A stretch of DNA of 58,249 nt from Octopus bimaculoides (Eukaryota): assembly GCF_001194135.2 (NCBI RefSeq), contig NC_068990.1, forward strand, positions 40,549,300-40,607,548. Direction: 5' to 3'. The position numbers and the translations under genes are program-made. The notes below the pieces were generated by a model that saw nothing but the letters and a program-made list of their open reading frames with translations, was not told where the DNA came from and made no database searches. Positions 26,245 to 39,552 of this stretch are shown piece by piece (within the stretch, counting starts at the first letter, position 1; each line of letters opens with the position of its first letter).

Positions 26245-26400
26245 GTCATCTGTTGTTCAGCTTGATATTCTACTGGATAAACGGACCACGATAAGACCTC
26301 TCCGTGTTGTCGCTCGACCAGCTACGAAATACATAATCGAATCTCTTTCAAATCACATCAGGATGTTTTAGAGAAGTACACATTCCATAATGCAAATTAC
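26245..26400 (+). mobile_element. SINE-C-like interspersed repeat
   Basis: CGCTCGACC...GAAATAC...AATCTCTTTCAAATCACATC resembles segments at 30245-30335 (minus) and 31000-31090 (plus). Confidence 0.5.
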
Positions 26401-26868
26401 GCATTCTGTTATATGGACCCGATTTCTTTTCACACAGGAAATGGATAGAATGGCCTCAGGTCTGATGCATGAGGAAGGGCTTATCTAAGGGTAAGCAATG
26501 AGATGTTTCGTGTATACTTGTATTCGTATACTTTGCTGTTTACGATGATAATGAATTCCCTTTTTTAAATACCATGTATTCTTCTCAAGTCGGTCGAGCT
26601 GCACTTATATGGTTATCGTGTTAAATAGCCTTCGAATTTAGAAATTGTTTTGGTTGTCAAGGTATTTCTCTCTCTCTCTCTCTCTCGGTACACACCAGTA
26701 ACAGCTGACAAGAGTAGTAGTGGTGATAACTGTTGTAATCGTTATCGTAGAGGTGGCAGTGGAGGTAGGTGGTATATGTGTATCGGTAGTGCCACTCGGC
26801 TGCATCTCCAATCTTCCGACGAACGCGTAAAGCATGTGCCATTGCTCGCGTGTGTGTGCTGTCCATTC

Positions 26869-27400
26869 ACTTTTCCGTCCTAACTAGCAAGTCAGCTGTG
26901 TCCCAAACGTACTAAACACAAATAAAGCAAGCAGACCAAAAGCCAACTAAACCAGCCAGCAAGTACTCTTGTACTATTTACATTTTGTTGTTTGCTGCTG
27001 TAACTGCTGCCGCCGCCGCTGCTGCTGCTGTTGTTGCAGCTGCTGCTATTACTGTAGCTGCTGCTGTTACTATAGCTGCTGCTGCTGTTTCTACCGCTTT
27101 CACTGCTGCTGCTGCTTCTTTCATTGGATCCGAGCCGCACAGCTTCACAGGACAGGGCTCTTTCACTTTGACGTTTTTTTTTTATAGTTATAATTACATA
27201 CATATGTATGTACCTACACACACAAAAGAGTATGTATATATGTGTATATAAGATATGTATATATAGTAGAGAAAGAAAGCGGAAAGAGATCTCTTATTGA
27301 AATGAAAAAACGGAAAAAAAAAACTGCTTTCTGTGAGGGTTATTGAATAGTTTTTCATTGCAAGAGCGATTTAAGTCTGCTGCTACTGCAAACCGAGCGA
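26869..27400 (+). promoter_or_regulatory. Candidate TSS and non-coding first exon of a plus-strand gene
   Basis: CpG-containing unique sequence, Inr-like TCACTTT at 26867, GCT-repeat-rich UTR-like body, donor CGA|GTGAGT at 27401 followed by T-rich intron-like DNA. Confidence 0.4.
26995..27120. repeat. Degenerate (GCT)n/(GCC)n trinucleotide tract with 18-bp subunits
   Basis: GCTGCTGCTATTACTGTA / GCTGCTGCTGTTACTATA in tandem inside a GCT run. Confidence 0.9.
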
Positions 27401-29749
27401 GTGAGTGGCATCATTTCTTTTCCATTTTTTAAAATTGTTAATATCGTTGTTTATTGTCTTTTTTTCATGTTATCGTTCGGGCTTGAATTTTTGTTTTTAA
27501 TTCTGCTTCTTTCTACCTCGATTTTGTGCTTCTTATCATCGCCTTTCATAAAAACCAATCCGTCCTACTACACAGATATATGTAATCGTGCCCTCTGCTT
27601 ATCTATGTAATGATACCGAAACATACAATATTCCTTGATGTTCACACATGTAAAATGTGTTTATATACTATACATGAAAAAGAACGCATTTCGAAAACAG
27701 ACAATATTTACATTTTGTTACCACCTCACATCTTTCTTATCAGGTTTGTTTTTGAACACGATGGTTTCAGGTGTGTGTGTGTTGCCACATGGAATATAGA
27801 ACCATTATGCCGAATGCATTATATATATCAGTATATATCTACGTTGATGACAATCAAAACTGTATAGGATTCACCTAGTTTATATTTCCTGCTAATCCGT
27901 CGATGTGACTGCATGTATGTGTGTATATGAGCACATAAATATGCTGATACGGACCGAGCTAAAACCACAACCTGGATAATAATCGGTTTATACCTTCACT
28001 CTTACACGCACCTTCGCAAAGCGAAAGGAGGAAAAAAATGTGACTACAAGATCTCGTTGACTTTTTTTTTTTTTACGATGGCTTGGTTTTTATTTTATTA
28101 TAATTTTACTCAAACACTTGAAAGGCGGTAGGTATATCGTGCCCGAAAACGAACTTTTACTCTCGTGTTTAAAAAATTTCCATCTGTATTATGTTGCAAT
28201 TTTATACTTTGTTTATTTGGCCATCGGTGTTGTTGAGTAAACCTTGGTCGGCTATTTTTCAGCAGACTTATTAAATTAAGGCTCAGGGGACGATCGGATA
28301 TGTGTAAGATATCTTGTGTTAAAAATCATATGTTGTCTTGATAAACAAAACTAAAAAAATATTCTATCCTGTCAACCAGTTAGTATTTAACCTTTTGTGG
28401 TTGATGAATTTGGATAACACAGCTGACTTGGGTGTTTTAGATGAAGAGTTTGTGTGTAATATGTTGAGATATTGCTGTTTACTGAAAGTTTCCTGTGTGC
28501 GTGTGTGAACATATATGTTTATATATTCTGGATTTAAACTGTTGGTAGTACTTTAACATTTAACTGGGTCAGCAGTTCCGTGGCTCTCGGTGTGTACATA
28601 AACGCACATTATTTTCATCAGAATTTTGTGACATACGATATCTCTGTTGGTAAAAAATCAGTTTAAATAGATTTTAAAATAGGTGTTGGTTGATGTTGGT
28701 CTGTTTTGATGAGGTGCATCTGGTCGTGACCATTAGGTTTATTCTGTCCAATGTGCAACCCTATATTTTTTTTTTATTTTTCTTCTTTAGATGCTAAGGT
28801 GAATTTCAATGAAATTTCAATGCTATGTCTGGTAATTTGAACAAAGACGTAGAGTTTCTTTCGTCATCAGGCATTATGAAAACATTTGTCTAGTCATCCG
28901 TGTGTGTGTGTTAACTCTGCAGCACTCCCTCTCAAATTTTATATATTGATTGTACTTTTGAGTGAAAAAACATTTTCGAAGTAGAAACGAATGATTTTGA
29001 TTTTTTTTTTTGTCAACATTTGGAAATAATTTGTTCTTTGCATTTACTTTATTTTTTCTTTCTTAATTTAATTACTTATAATTCGCTGGTCCCATTCCCT
29101 GTTTTTAGTGAAACTCTTTTTTTCTTTCTTTCATTCACCAGTATTATAAATTTGTTGCCAGAGTTTATTGATAGTGGTGGTGGTGATGTTGTTTATTTCC
29201 TATTATTTTTGTCCCTTATATAAATAAATAGCAAAGTCAACAGAACTAATTGATATTTCGTTGTGGGAAATACGGCGTAAGAAAGGGTGGAGAGAGTGAC
29301 TACTACCTTGCAGGTATCTTAATTTCTTGTTATCGGCAGATGACTTAATCGGATTAGCGTGTCGGCTTGCAAAAAAAAAGAGAAGAATTACAATAATAAT
29401 AGTAATCATGATTTCTTGGGGTGGGGGGTAATTATTATAGTTAGGGAAAGTACAAAAGCGGAATACAAATAACAACAAACTAGAAACTGAGATATTCGCA
29501 TCAATAACAATAAAGTCAAATGTGACATATACCAAAATCCATATACACCAACATTGTAACAAGATAGGATCCATAAAATAGAAGGCAATAGGATATCACA
29601 GGGGATATTCTAATTAACCTACACACTACCCTGGTATACTCTAGTACACGAAAGTCTTCGTTCAGTTCTTGACATCAGCCTACAGTCGCATACACTAAGC
29701 CCTTTTAACCACTTGAATTTCACCGTTCACACCTACACCTTCCTCTTGT

Positions 29750-29970
29750 AATTGTTTCTAGCGTAAGGTACAATGCCTGAAATTTGAGGGAGTGGTGGCA
29801 TAGATAATCGATTACGTCGACGCCAGTACATGAATAATAACTTTTGTCTTATGGACACCCCGAATAGATGAAAGAAAGGCACACTTTGACCTCGGTGAAA
29901 TTTTAACTCAGAACGATGGAACACCTACCACAAGGCATTTTTTTTCTGTCGCTCTGACAATTCTGAACAA
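29750..29970 (-). mobile_element. SINE-B copy (degraded)
   Basis: Reverse complement matches 50733-50960: TTCTGAGTTAAAATTTCACCGAGGTCAAAGTG...TTTCATC, ...CAAATTTCAGGCATTGTACC. Confidence 0.7.
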
Positions 29971-30169
29971 TAACTTTGATTTTGTCAATTTGAAAATGTA
30001 AATATGAGCTTCTCTGACGAGTGCATTATGTTATACAATCTGTGGGTGTTGTCCGGTACTTCAAGATGAGATGTATTGAAAATAACTATTTCTGTTGTTG
30101 CACCATCACATCACATGCTTTGTTATACAGTAAGCTCTGTATTATATGTGTACGATTGTAAATTTGGTT

Positions 30170-30340
30170 GTTGTTGTTCAGCCCCAGGTCATCTCTGGCC
30201 GAGCAAACTATGACCTTCACATTTTTTTCCTGCATACTACGTCCTTTTTTAAGTAAGACGGTAGGGTGCGGTTTGAAGAAGATTCGACTATTGTTTCTAA
30301 CATGTCGAACGACCAGATAGATGTTCTATCGTCGGCCTGT
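30170..30340 (-). mobile_element. SINE-C-like repeat
   Basis: AAGACGGTAGGGTGCGGTTTGAAGAAGATTCGACTATTGTTTCTAACATGTCGAACGACC is the reverse complement of the motif at 26300-26375. Confidence 0.5.
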
Positions 30341-30974
30341 TTTGATCCACTTGATAACCAACTAAATAAAGTGTGGTTACCATTGAAAGATGACAACAAT
30401 GCGCACATGTTTCTTTATCTGCTTATTTCATAGTAACCAACTCTTGTACCGTCTCTTTACTGCTGCTACACATTGACAAAGCGTTATAATTCTGTCACAA
30501 TGAATAGACCGCAGTTTCGCTTATGCATCAAGAATTACACAGTTGTTTCCCCTGGTTGAGCAGCGACTGCATATAAGTTGCTTTTAAACTTGGGACTAAT
30601 AATTGTTCCATTTGAGGAGTATTTCAAATTACATTCCAAGTCACATGTGAGTGTTTAATTAATATACTGAGTATAATATTAAATTAGTTCTCTTTTTTCT
30701 TTTCTTCTTTTGTTTATTATATTGTGGGTTTTCAATCTATTGATGTACGTATATTATACGTGATTTTTGCGTATGACAAAGATGATGAAAAGTGCGTGCT
30801 TTTATATCCTGAAATATTTTGTATATTTCTGAACTTAGCACAAATCTAGCATCTTTTGGGAAAGATTTGTACATAATATAATGTATTAAGCATGCATATA
30901 CTGACTGGTTATGCATGCATATTATTGTTTGTATAACTTAAGAACTCACTAGTAGCTGGTTCTTCAGCTATATA

Positions 30975-31110
30975 CTAAGACTGATCCACAAGAAGCCACG
31001 TTAACCGTTCGACTTTGTAGAAATATAGTTAAATCCCCTTAAATTACATCTTATTATTTTAAAAATTACATCTTATTATTTTAAAAGAGAAAAAGTTACA
31101 TTGGCTGATA
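30975..31110 (+). mobile_element. SINE-C-like repeat with 22-bp internal tandem duplication
   Basis: CGTTCGACTTTGTAGAAATATAG...; AAATTACATCTTATTATTTTAA twice (31041, 31063). Confidence 0.45.
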
Positions 31111-32239
31111 TAGTTTTGGTGTACAAACTGTTAAGTTAGTTTCTTCTCTGAATATAGATTTGCCCACTGAAGTTAAGACTGGACTAGTTAAAGATGTGTT
31201 TGTCATGTGAACTGACCATGAACGATGCACATAGAAAATTCATTTATACTTTATGACTTTTACTCAAACTTTTAGACTGAAACACCGTAGGCCTTTTAAA
31301 TCAAAATTGAACTGTCTGCTTTGATGTGTGAGTGTGTATTTGAAAACATGTATGTGTATTTTGTTGGTATTTACCTCCCAAGTTTGACCTGGTCAAGCAT
31401 TTTATCATCAGAAGTTCAATTGTGATTCACCAGTCATATTCCTATCTGTAGAGAGCTTATGAATGCATTATAGGAAGTAAAATAGTAGGGACTAATTTTG
31501 AGAACATTTGACCGCTATCTGTGGCATGTTAAACGGACCACATTGAAAATCATGGATGTGTGTATGTGTTGTATATATGTACCTGTGTATATAGGTGTGT
31601 ATGCACATGCATGTATCTATAAAACACATTTTTTTTTTCCATGTTGGCTTGAGTTAAAGACTTACTTGTAGCAGTATTTTAGGGCTGGATGCTTTTTCTG
31701 TTGGCAATTCCAACCTGCCTTTCAAGTAAGGTATTCTTCCACAGATTTTAGGATATGCTGAGCTAGGGAATGTAAAAATTACACCACCATTTTTCTCGGA
31801 CTGTATCCTATGAAAACACAGGATGTCAACATTCACACAATGATGGACTATAACCATGAAGCTGCTAATGATTTCAGAAAGTCTGAATTACACATCAGAT
31901 AGTGAAATAAAATATCCATAAACGTAAAAATTTTAGGGGCTTTGTATGGTAGAGGATCCAGAATTGATCTCACTCGCACTACCTATGATTACACTTTCAA
32001 ATGCTTGTTTTGTTAATCATAAGAAATTACATGTTGAGTGACTGGTAGAAAGCATTTATGTGCATGTAGCTAAGTTAGCTCCACCCAAGTACTGGTAACC
32101 TTTGTGTCCAAAAATGTGTATGTTTGCTGTCATTCTGAGTATCTATTTTAGGCAAATAAAGAAGGATGCAACCACTGTTACTTTCCCAAGTTGCATCATG
32201 CTTTTAAAAGTCACTTTTGTGTGTATTTAGATATATGTA

Positions 32240-32309
<70 letters not shown>

Positions 32310-32574
32310 CATACATACATATATGTATATATCATCTACTGTTTTGTACTTGGATTGGATCAAATAGAATTTGTTGAGACAGCTTTTCTGTAGTTTGATG
32401 CTTTCCAGTTGTCAGCCCTCACTTGCTTCCAAAAATAGAAATATTCCTCCATGGTTGGTCTTGTTTTTCCAAAGATTGGAGAAAAAGTATGATGATGACA
32501 TTCTTTTGCAACTAATGCATGATGTGAAGGCAAAAGACACTAAACACTGTAAACATATAATATGGCTGGTCTCT

Positions 32575-32735
32575 TTCTTTTTCCATCTTCCAAATCCACT
32601 TGTTCACAGGGCTTTGGTTGGGTGAAACTTGTAAAAGAGACTTGCCTAAGGTGCTACACAGTGGGACCAAACTTGATGCCAAGTTGCTGGGAAGGAAACT
32701 TCTTAATCATGCCTACATGCTTTCTCCACCATGTG
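32575..32735 (-). mobile_element. SINE-A 5' half
   Basis: CCAAATCCACTTGTTCACAGGGCTTTGGTTGG, GACTTGCCTAAGGTGC, GTGGGACCAAAC. Confidence 0.7.
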
Positions 32736-33313
32736 TTTTACTTCTATAACTTCACAGTGTGGTTATTTGTTTGTCTCTTCTCTCTCTTAATGTTTTTCCC
32801 ATTTCAGCTTTGTTTTTTATTTATTATATCACCATCATCATTTTAAGGATCTATGCTATCTTGGGTTAGATGGAAATCATTGAGGCATATTTTCCATGAT
32901 CAGTTACCTTTCCTGTCACCAAGCCTCACCTGTTTTCAAGTAACCCATTTCCTTTTTCCCATGAGTATGCTGTAAATGGAAGACACTCCTTGTATGTAGG
33001 TGATGTTTGTTTGCAACTATCCTGCAATATCAAGACAAGAGGACACCAACACAGGCACACAGGAGCTTCCTTGAGAGTTTTTACTTACCAAATCAATTCT
33101 CAAGGACCCCAATTACTTGGTTTGCAATTTGGTGCTAGTGTCTGGCTTTTTGGTCAAGTATATTGTATCATAGCTCTGGACTAACCAAAGTCTTGTGAGT
33201 AGATACCTTGGTAGAAAGAAACTGTATCAAAACCCATCGTATATATGTTCATGTATATGTCTTTGTGAAACATTGAAACTGTTTGGATAGTAGTGTTTCT
33301 TAATACTTCCCAT

Positions 33314-33656
33314 AATACATACCCAGGATAACAAATCACACTGTTTATAAGAAGTATTCATTTTTTTCTACTCTAGGCACAAGCCCCAAAATTTTGGGGG
33401 AGAAGGGGCAGTCGATTAGATTGCCTCCAGTACGCAACTGGTACTTAATTTTTTCGACCCCGAAAGGATGAAAGGCAAAGTTCGCCAAAGTTGACTTTAC
33501 CTTACATCCTTTCGGGGTTGATAAATTAAGTACCAGTTGCATATTGGGGTCGATCTAATTGACTGCCCCCTCTCCCCTAAAATTTCAGGGCTTGTGCCTA
33601 GAGTAGAAAAGAATACTTCCCATAAACAGTGTGATTTGTTATTTTGGGTATGTATT
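33314..33656. repeat. Fold-back inverted duplication of SINE-B 3' half plus flank
   Basis: 33314-33481 is the reverse complement of 33494-33656 (roughly 85-90% identical by eye), including about 45 bp of non-SINE flank. Confidence 0.9.
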
Positions 33657-35636
33657 GTTTGAGAGAAGAAAATATACCTGACATGGAAAACCAAGGCTGG
33701 CTATAGGATGGGCCTCACACCAAGGATTATTACCTCAGTAAGGCTCATTCAGCCTAAGCTAGCTTAAAAAGAAGGCACTTGTGTACGTAACTGTGTGTAT
33801 GAGTTGAGACAAGGCCATGCAATTTGGCACTTTGCTATATAAACACACAACACTGGGCTGAGTCCATTGTGAAACCTCTTTGGCAAGTGTGTGTTACCAT
33901 AGCTTCATGTTGCCCCAAGATTTGTAAATGGAATTCTGACTCTAGCCCAGGATTACCATCTGGGAGCATATGTTTGTGAAATACTCAGCTACTTAGACAT
34001 TAATTCAATGAAAAAGTAATACATTTGATTAAATAAATAACTGAATGCTTATCAAAACTAAGATCTATTTACTTTGTGTATCAATATGTATAAACATCTT
34101 ATCTCTATATTGTAATAACCTATTTGGTTGGTTTATTTCTCCTGTCATGTTTACATTGCATAGAAATGGGGAAAGAGAGATACAGAGTGAGTCGACATAA
34201 GGAGTGCAAGGTTTAATGCTCATACTAGGCTTGGCAGCAGGTGGTGAGTAAAGGTAGGCTACACACACATGGTGAGAGAGAAAGCATCATAGAGACAGAG
34301 GAAGAGGAGGAGGAGAAGAAGAAGTGGTAAATGAGAAAGTACTTATGCAAAAGAGAAATTTGTTTTATCTAATTTTATTTTAAGGTAATAAATAATCTTC
34401 TTTTGAAAATTAGTATTTCATCAATTTGTATAAGCACCAGGAAATTTGATCAGTTAAATTATAATTATTGGATGTACATCCAAAGTTACCTGTCATAGAA
34501 CTAGTAACACTCCAGTTGTTTTATAAGCGCTTAGATATCAATATTCTTACTCATGGTTTTGTAAGTTGTTTCAGTTTAGTTATGTAATAAATTTGTGTGT
34601 GAGAAATGAAACTTCTTACAGGGTATTTGGTTTAACCAAATATGATGTCATTTGAAGCTGTTTCTTTGTCAAAGCTACTTCTTTTTTTATGAAATTTAGT
34701 TTAAAAAATAGTATATTAGTAATTGAATTTCCGTATTTTTTTGTCCATCTCTGTTTTTTCAATAGCCCACACCTAAATGACACATTTCAAAAATATGATC
34801 ATGTGAATTTTAACAAAAAAAAAATTTTTTTCATTCGAAGTTTTTAGGTTTGTCCTTTTGTGAATGTTTACACACACACACACACACACACACATACATT
34901 TCATTTTTGTAATAATTTCTTTTAAAAGGCTTGGTTAGTTTATTTACTTTTTTAAAAGTTTACTGGCTTACCAGTCATCTAATTATTAGTCAATAATTGC
35001 TCTACTACAATTTCCTCTAGGCTAGGAGTGGTGCCACCACCAACTCGGGTTTTGTTGTAGTAGTAGTTGTTGTTTCATGTCAGTCAGATTACTCACACCT
35101 TCTGCTCTAAGCTTGTTTCTGTTTCTCGTTATTCATTATTATTACCCTTTACTTATTAGTCCCTCATACTTCCGGATATTGCATGGTGTTGTCTACTATT
35201 TTTTTCTTTTTGTTATTGTTGGATATATTATCATCATCATCATTATTATTATTATTATTGTTAATTTATTTTTCTATTTCAGCCTTCACTGAAACTTCAC
35301 CACACACCATTATCTGGCTAAGGGGATCCATAATGATCCGTGTTATTAGTCATTTCCTCTGTTATGAAAGTTTATTTTTGGTAGTAATAGTGGTTGTTCT
35401 CATTGTTTGGAGGTAATATCAGTTGTTTCATTTCATTTATCATCATAATTAGGATACACCAATTTTCTGAAGTTGCTTATTATCTGATGCAAAATTAGTA
35501 AAACTATCTTCAGCTACATTTGTATCTTATCTTTGTATAGTTATTTATGTGATTATGTCCACGTATCTGTATATTTATGCAATTGGCTTTTTGCATATGC
35601 TATTTCATGGATGATCGAATGGTGGGACCTCTACAT

Positions 35637-35790
35637 GAGGGGTTTTCAAACTGTGGTCCCCGGACCACAGGGGGTCCGCAAGGACAAGACAGGGTGTCCG
35701 TGGACAGCAAATACTTTTTATGGGCAATTTGATCTTATATATGTTTTTTAATCGAAATCTTTTAATTGACAATAAGTTTGAAAACCCCTG
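35637..35790. mobile_element. hAT (Charlie-like) MITE, 154 bp
   Basis: 16-bp TIRs GAGGGGTTTTCAAACT / AGTTTGAAAACCCCTG (1 terminal mismatch) and perfect 8-bp TSD CTCTACAT at 35629-35636 and 35791-35798. Confidence 0.92.
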
Positions 35791-35879
35791 CTCTACATAG
35801 TTGCTGAAGCTGCTAGAAGTAGTAATAACATTTCCCACTACTAGCATTATCTGAAGCTAATCAGCAAATGCTACTCCTT

Positions 35880-36540
35880 CTATTTTCCTATTGAGATGAG
35901 ACTGCAAGCCTGTAGACCAGAGGCTGGAGTGTATCTTTTAGTGGTGGAGTGCCAATCAGATAAGTGGCCCTTTTCTGTCTACTCCAGAATGTCAGTGTAT
36001 GTAGTCGCAACAGCAGCATTGTCCCTGATGTGGGAACAATACTCCATTGTAGGTCTCAATTGAGTCAGTGTCTGCAACTGTTGTGAGCTGAATATTTTCT
36101 GACCCTAAAGAGAAGGGCTAAGGATGTACTTTCAACAGGATAAATCCTCAGTGATAGTGCAACCTAGCATTTGGAGTGACTGAGGGGTTTAGTTCAATAC
36201 CACTCATGTTTAGATAGGGTGCTGTTTGGCAATGGTTTGATATGTATAACATTTAAGGGTTTTTTTGGCTGTTAAATGAGACAAAGTTGGCATAGCCTCA
36301 CTGAAAGATGCTTTTAAGGTTTCTCAATGAAATCAATAAAGGTCTGATCTGTGGTATCAAGATTGTGTATGGTTGATGCTTGATTAGGGAACGAAAGATC
36401 TCATGTTATTTTTGTGTGAATGGTTATTAGTGGATGTGGTGGTAAGTAGGCCATTCCTGGGGGGAACTAAGGACTCACATGGTGTATAGGAACATTTACT
36501 GGTTGAAGGGACAATACTGAGATTAGATTCTTTGTCAAGT
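35880..36540 (-). mobile_element. Decayed CR1/L2/Jockey-group LINE, RT C-terminal fragment
   Basis: Minus strand LGCTITEDLS..., TQLRPTMEYCSHIR (RPxxEYxSxxW-like motif), QPLVYRLAVSS; stops and frameshifts. Confidence 0.7.
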
Positions 36541-38484
36541 TTGCATTGATTATGGCAGGCAGTGAAACATACACACCCTCACACATGTGTGCCCACACAC
36601 ATTTTACATATCTTAAGAACTTTACTATAATCTTTATTCCCTGTTAAATGACTGGACATACAATTGACTTTCAATTCAGAACAGCCAGGATTTGAGAAAA
36701 GTGCTTAAAATACATATCCTACTATTTTACTGTCTCATCTACCCTCGTAGTCATATTATGGTCATTACTAAGAATATGGTGGTGTGGCCAGTTCATTGCC
36801 AAGCTTTAATTTAAATCATTTACTTTTTTTTTTTTTAGTTTCAATTACTCCACAGTTTACTTTGTCTCTCCTCTTCTCCATGTTTGATACTACTGCTAAT
36901 ATACTAAGTCTAGTCAGTTGACTATATGCCAATTTTTAACTTTTTCTGTTTTTTTTTAAAAACCAGAATGTTTCATTGCATTAATATTTTTATTATTTTC
37001 ACTAAATATAATCATTATTAACCATTTTGTCTCCAGTGACATACACTGACTTTCAGTTACTTTTGAGAATGACCAAGAGATTGATGGGAATTAGAGTTAC
37101 TTTGTTATTATCAAACTTTTGCAGCATAACTTAACAAAAGGTTCTTATATATATTGGAAGGTTTTAATTTTGATTTAAATCTGAACTCCTTGAAATAGGA
37201 GGCTTTGTATTACATAAGGGCAGTCAGTGTCAGGTAGGTTTGAAAATGTCTTAATGAATTTTGTTACTACTTTCACTACCAGGACAACTTTATAGTTTAG
37301 CTGCAGGTGTTGTTGAATATCTGTACCTTATGATAGGCATGTCATTGTTACTTTTCAGTTGGTGTGAAGCAAATTTTTATCTCATTTTCTTTTCCTTCAG
37401 TTTTTTTTCTTTTAACTTTAAAACTAATTTTTATATTGGATTAAATTTCTATTACAAAATCCTTTCCTCCAGTCATGTTAAATTTTATTTATATTTAATA
37501 TGTTGATAACATTCATATGCACAAACATGTCTAAGCATTGAATAATTATAAATATACACAATATAAATACTTCTTAAAACAAACAGTATTATGACAGTGA
37601 ATAGACACATGAATACTAAATTGCAAATAGACCATGAAGTTTGTTAGTATATAGTAGTATACAGACATGCATACATCTGCATGAATCTGTCCATTTCTTT
37701 CCCTATTGCATCCACTCGGAAATGCTCTCACACATTTAGTTCTATTTTAATAACAAATTGTTCACTTAAAACACTTAATTTAATATAGACTTTTTAATAT
37801 TATTAACGTTATTATGATTGTCATTACTATCGTTGCTATTGTTTATATGATTGTAAGATGACGGGAATTAGAGAGCACCAAACTAAAATGTTTTATTGTT
37901 AGATTGCTTCTTTTTATTATGGTTGATATTCCACTATCATTCACTCCACTCTTTATCTTTTTTGGGGGGGTGGGGGGTCAACTTCCTTGAAATCATAGCA
38001 TTAATATTTAATGGTCTTCAATTTAGTATGACATGAAATGAGTGTTTTTTTTTCTGGACTCTTGTTTCGTGCTGCGTGGTAATGAGTATCTCTTTAAATC
38101 TATCACATTAATTATAATATGTTATAATTAAAATTAGTAATATGTTCAGATGAATTTGGTTGAATGCTTCCCTTCTACTTTGAAAACCAAAACAGGCTTT
38201 TGGTTTTTGACAGAGGCACAATTAGTAATGTGTCTACAAAATTATTTTTATGAATTCTTTCTTATTAAAATTTTTCATGTTAGTTGAGTCCTCCTTATGC
38301 ACAAATATAAACATTAGTATTTATCATCCCTCACTAAGTCCAGCCAGATCTTAATTTCAAACTCATTATCATCTTTTAGTAACTTATATTCTCCCCTAAG
38401 AGTTATGGCTTTTGTAGCATTGAAATTACTGTTACAGTAAATATTGATGTTTAAAATGCTAAACACATCTGAAATTGACCAAAA

Positions 38485-38655
38485 TTTTGAAGTGTGTGGG
38501 AGTTGAGGTAAGTTGATTTTTATCAACCCAGCCCTTGACTGGTACTTTATTTTTATTGACCTGGGAGGGATGAAAGTTAAAATTGACCTCAATAGAATTA
38601 GAACTTAGAATGTTAAGAGCTAGAAGAAATGCCTCATAGTATTTCGTCAGCTGCT
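38485..38655 (-). mobile_element. SINE-B copy (degraded)
   Basis: CTGGTACTTTATTTTTATTGACC...GGGATGAAAGTTAAAATTGACCTC...GAACTTAGAATG. Confidence 0.65.
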
Positions 38656-39552
38656 GCTTTTCTTTCTGTTAATATTTGCTATTATATTTTTTAATTTTCT
38701 GTTTCCATCTTTTTATTTAATTTCACTCTTGCTCTTTTTCTTGAACTGGTTCTCATGGGATATTTCAGTTTTGTATCATTAGAACAATACAAGCGTCATT
38801 AAAGCAGAAACAAAAATGTATAATTATTATAATTAATGGCTCTATTGGTGGTGGTGGTGGTAGTTATTAGTGGTAGTAGAAGTAGTAGTAATTATTGTTG
38901 TAGCAGCAGCAGTAGTAGTAACTTTAGTTAGGTTTTGTCTCTATTAAAATTGAATATTCATTACTTGTGTGTTGAGTTTCCTTGTAAATTTGCATGGGGT
39001 TGTTAAACGGTTTTACCACTTGTCTATTCAGACTGTCGAGTATATATAATAGCTCAATTTAACTTTCAAAAGATATTCACCCCACTTTGATCTGTTAAAA
39101 ACTTATCTTTGCTTCAGTATAGACATTACTGTGTATGTGTGTGTGAGAGAGAGAGGGGGGGGAGAGTTTATGTGATTCACATGGAAGGTTTTAATATTAA
39201 GAAAGTGAAGGGATGAGAGAGAGAGAGAGACAGAGAGAGGCATATTATCAGTTTGTCAGTTTCACTATTTCTATAAAGAGGTGGGAGGAGTTTCATTAAA
39301 GATTGAAATTAGCAACAAATTTACTGCTTGAAATAAGTCAAAAGTTCTTTTCTTTATCTGTTTCCCTGGTCAGTTTAGTTGTTTAAACATATTCTCACTG
39401 ATACCATTTCTGAATAATGTGGATAATCAGTTTTTTTTTTTTTTCCTTACCAAAGCAATGTTTGTTAATTTTTTTTCTCCCTTCTTTCTAAATATTTAGT
39501 TACATTACAACCAATATGTTTAAAAACTTTTTTTTAGTTTTTATTATTATTG

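Noticed and set aside
26978-27166. Ala/Thr-rich ORF MKEPCPVK...AAAAVTAANNKM resembling a type I antifreeze peptide
   Set aside because: Thr spacing is not 11-periodic, and all frames on both strands are open because of the GCT repeat; better explained as a UTR trinucleotide tract.
28835-28880. Second hammerhead-like string on minus (CTGATGA CGAAA GAAAC TCTAC GTC)
   Set aside because: No stem II pairing, no stem I complementarity and no PLE context.
37270-37340. Possible plus-strand coding exon (GQLYSLAAGVVEYL); similar candidates at 4964-5018, 43496-43760 and 55402-55450
   Set aside because: Weak or non-canonical donors, no recognisable homology and no consistent exon chain.
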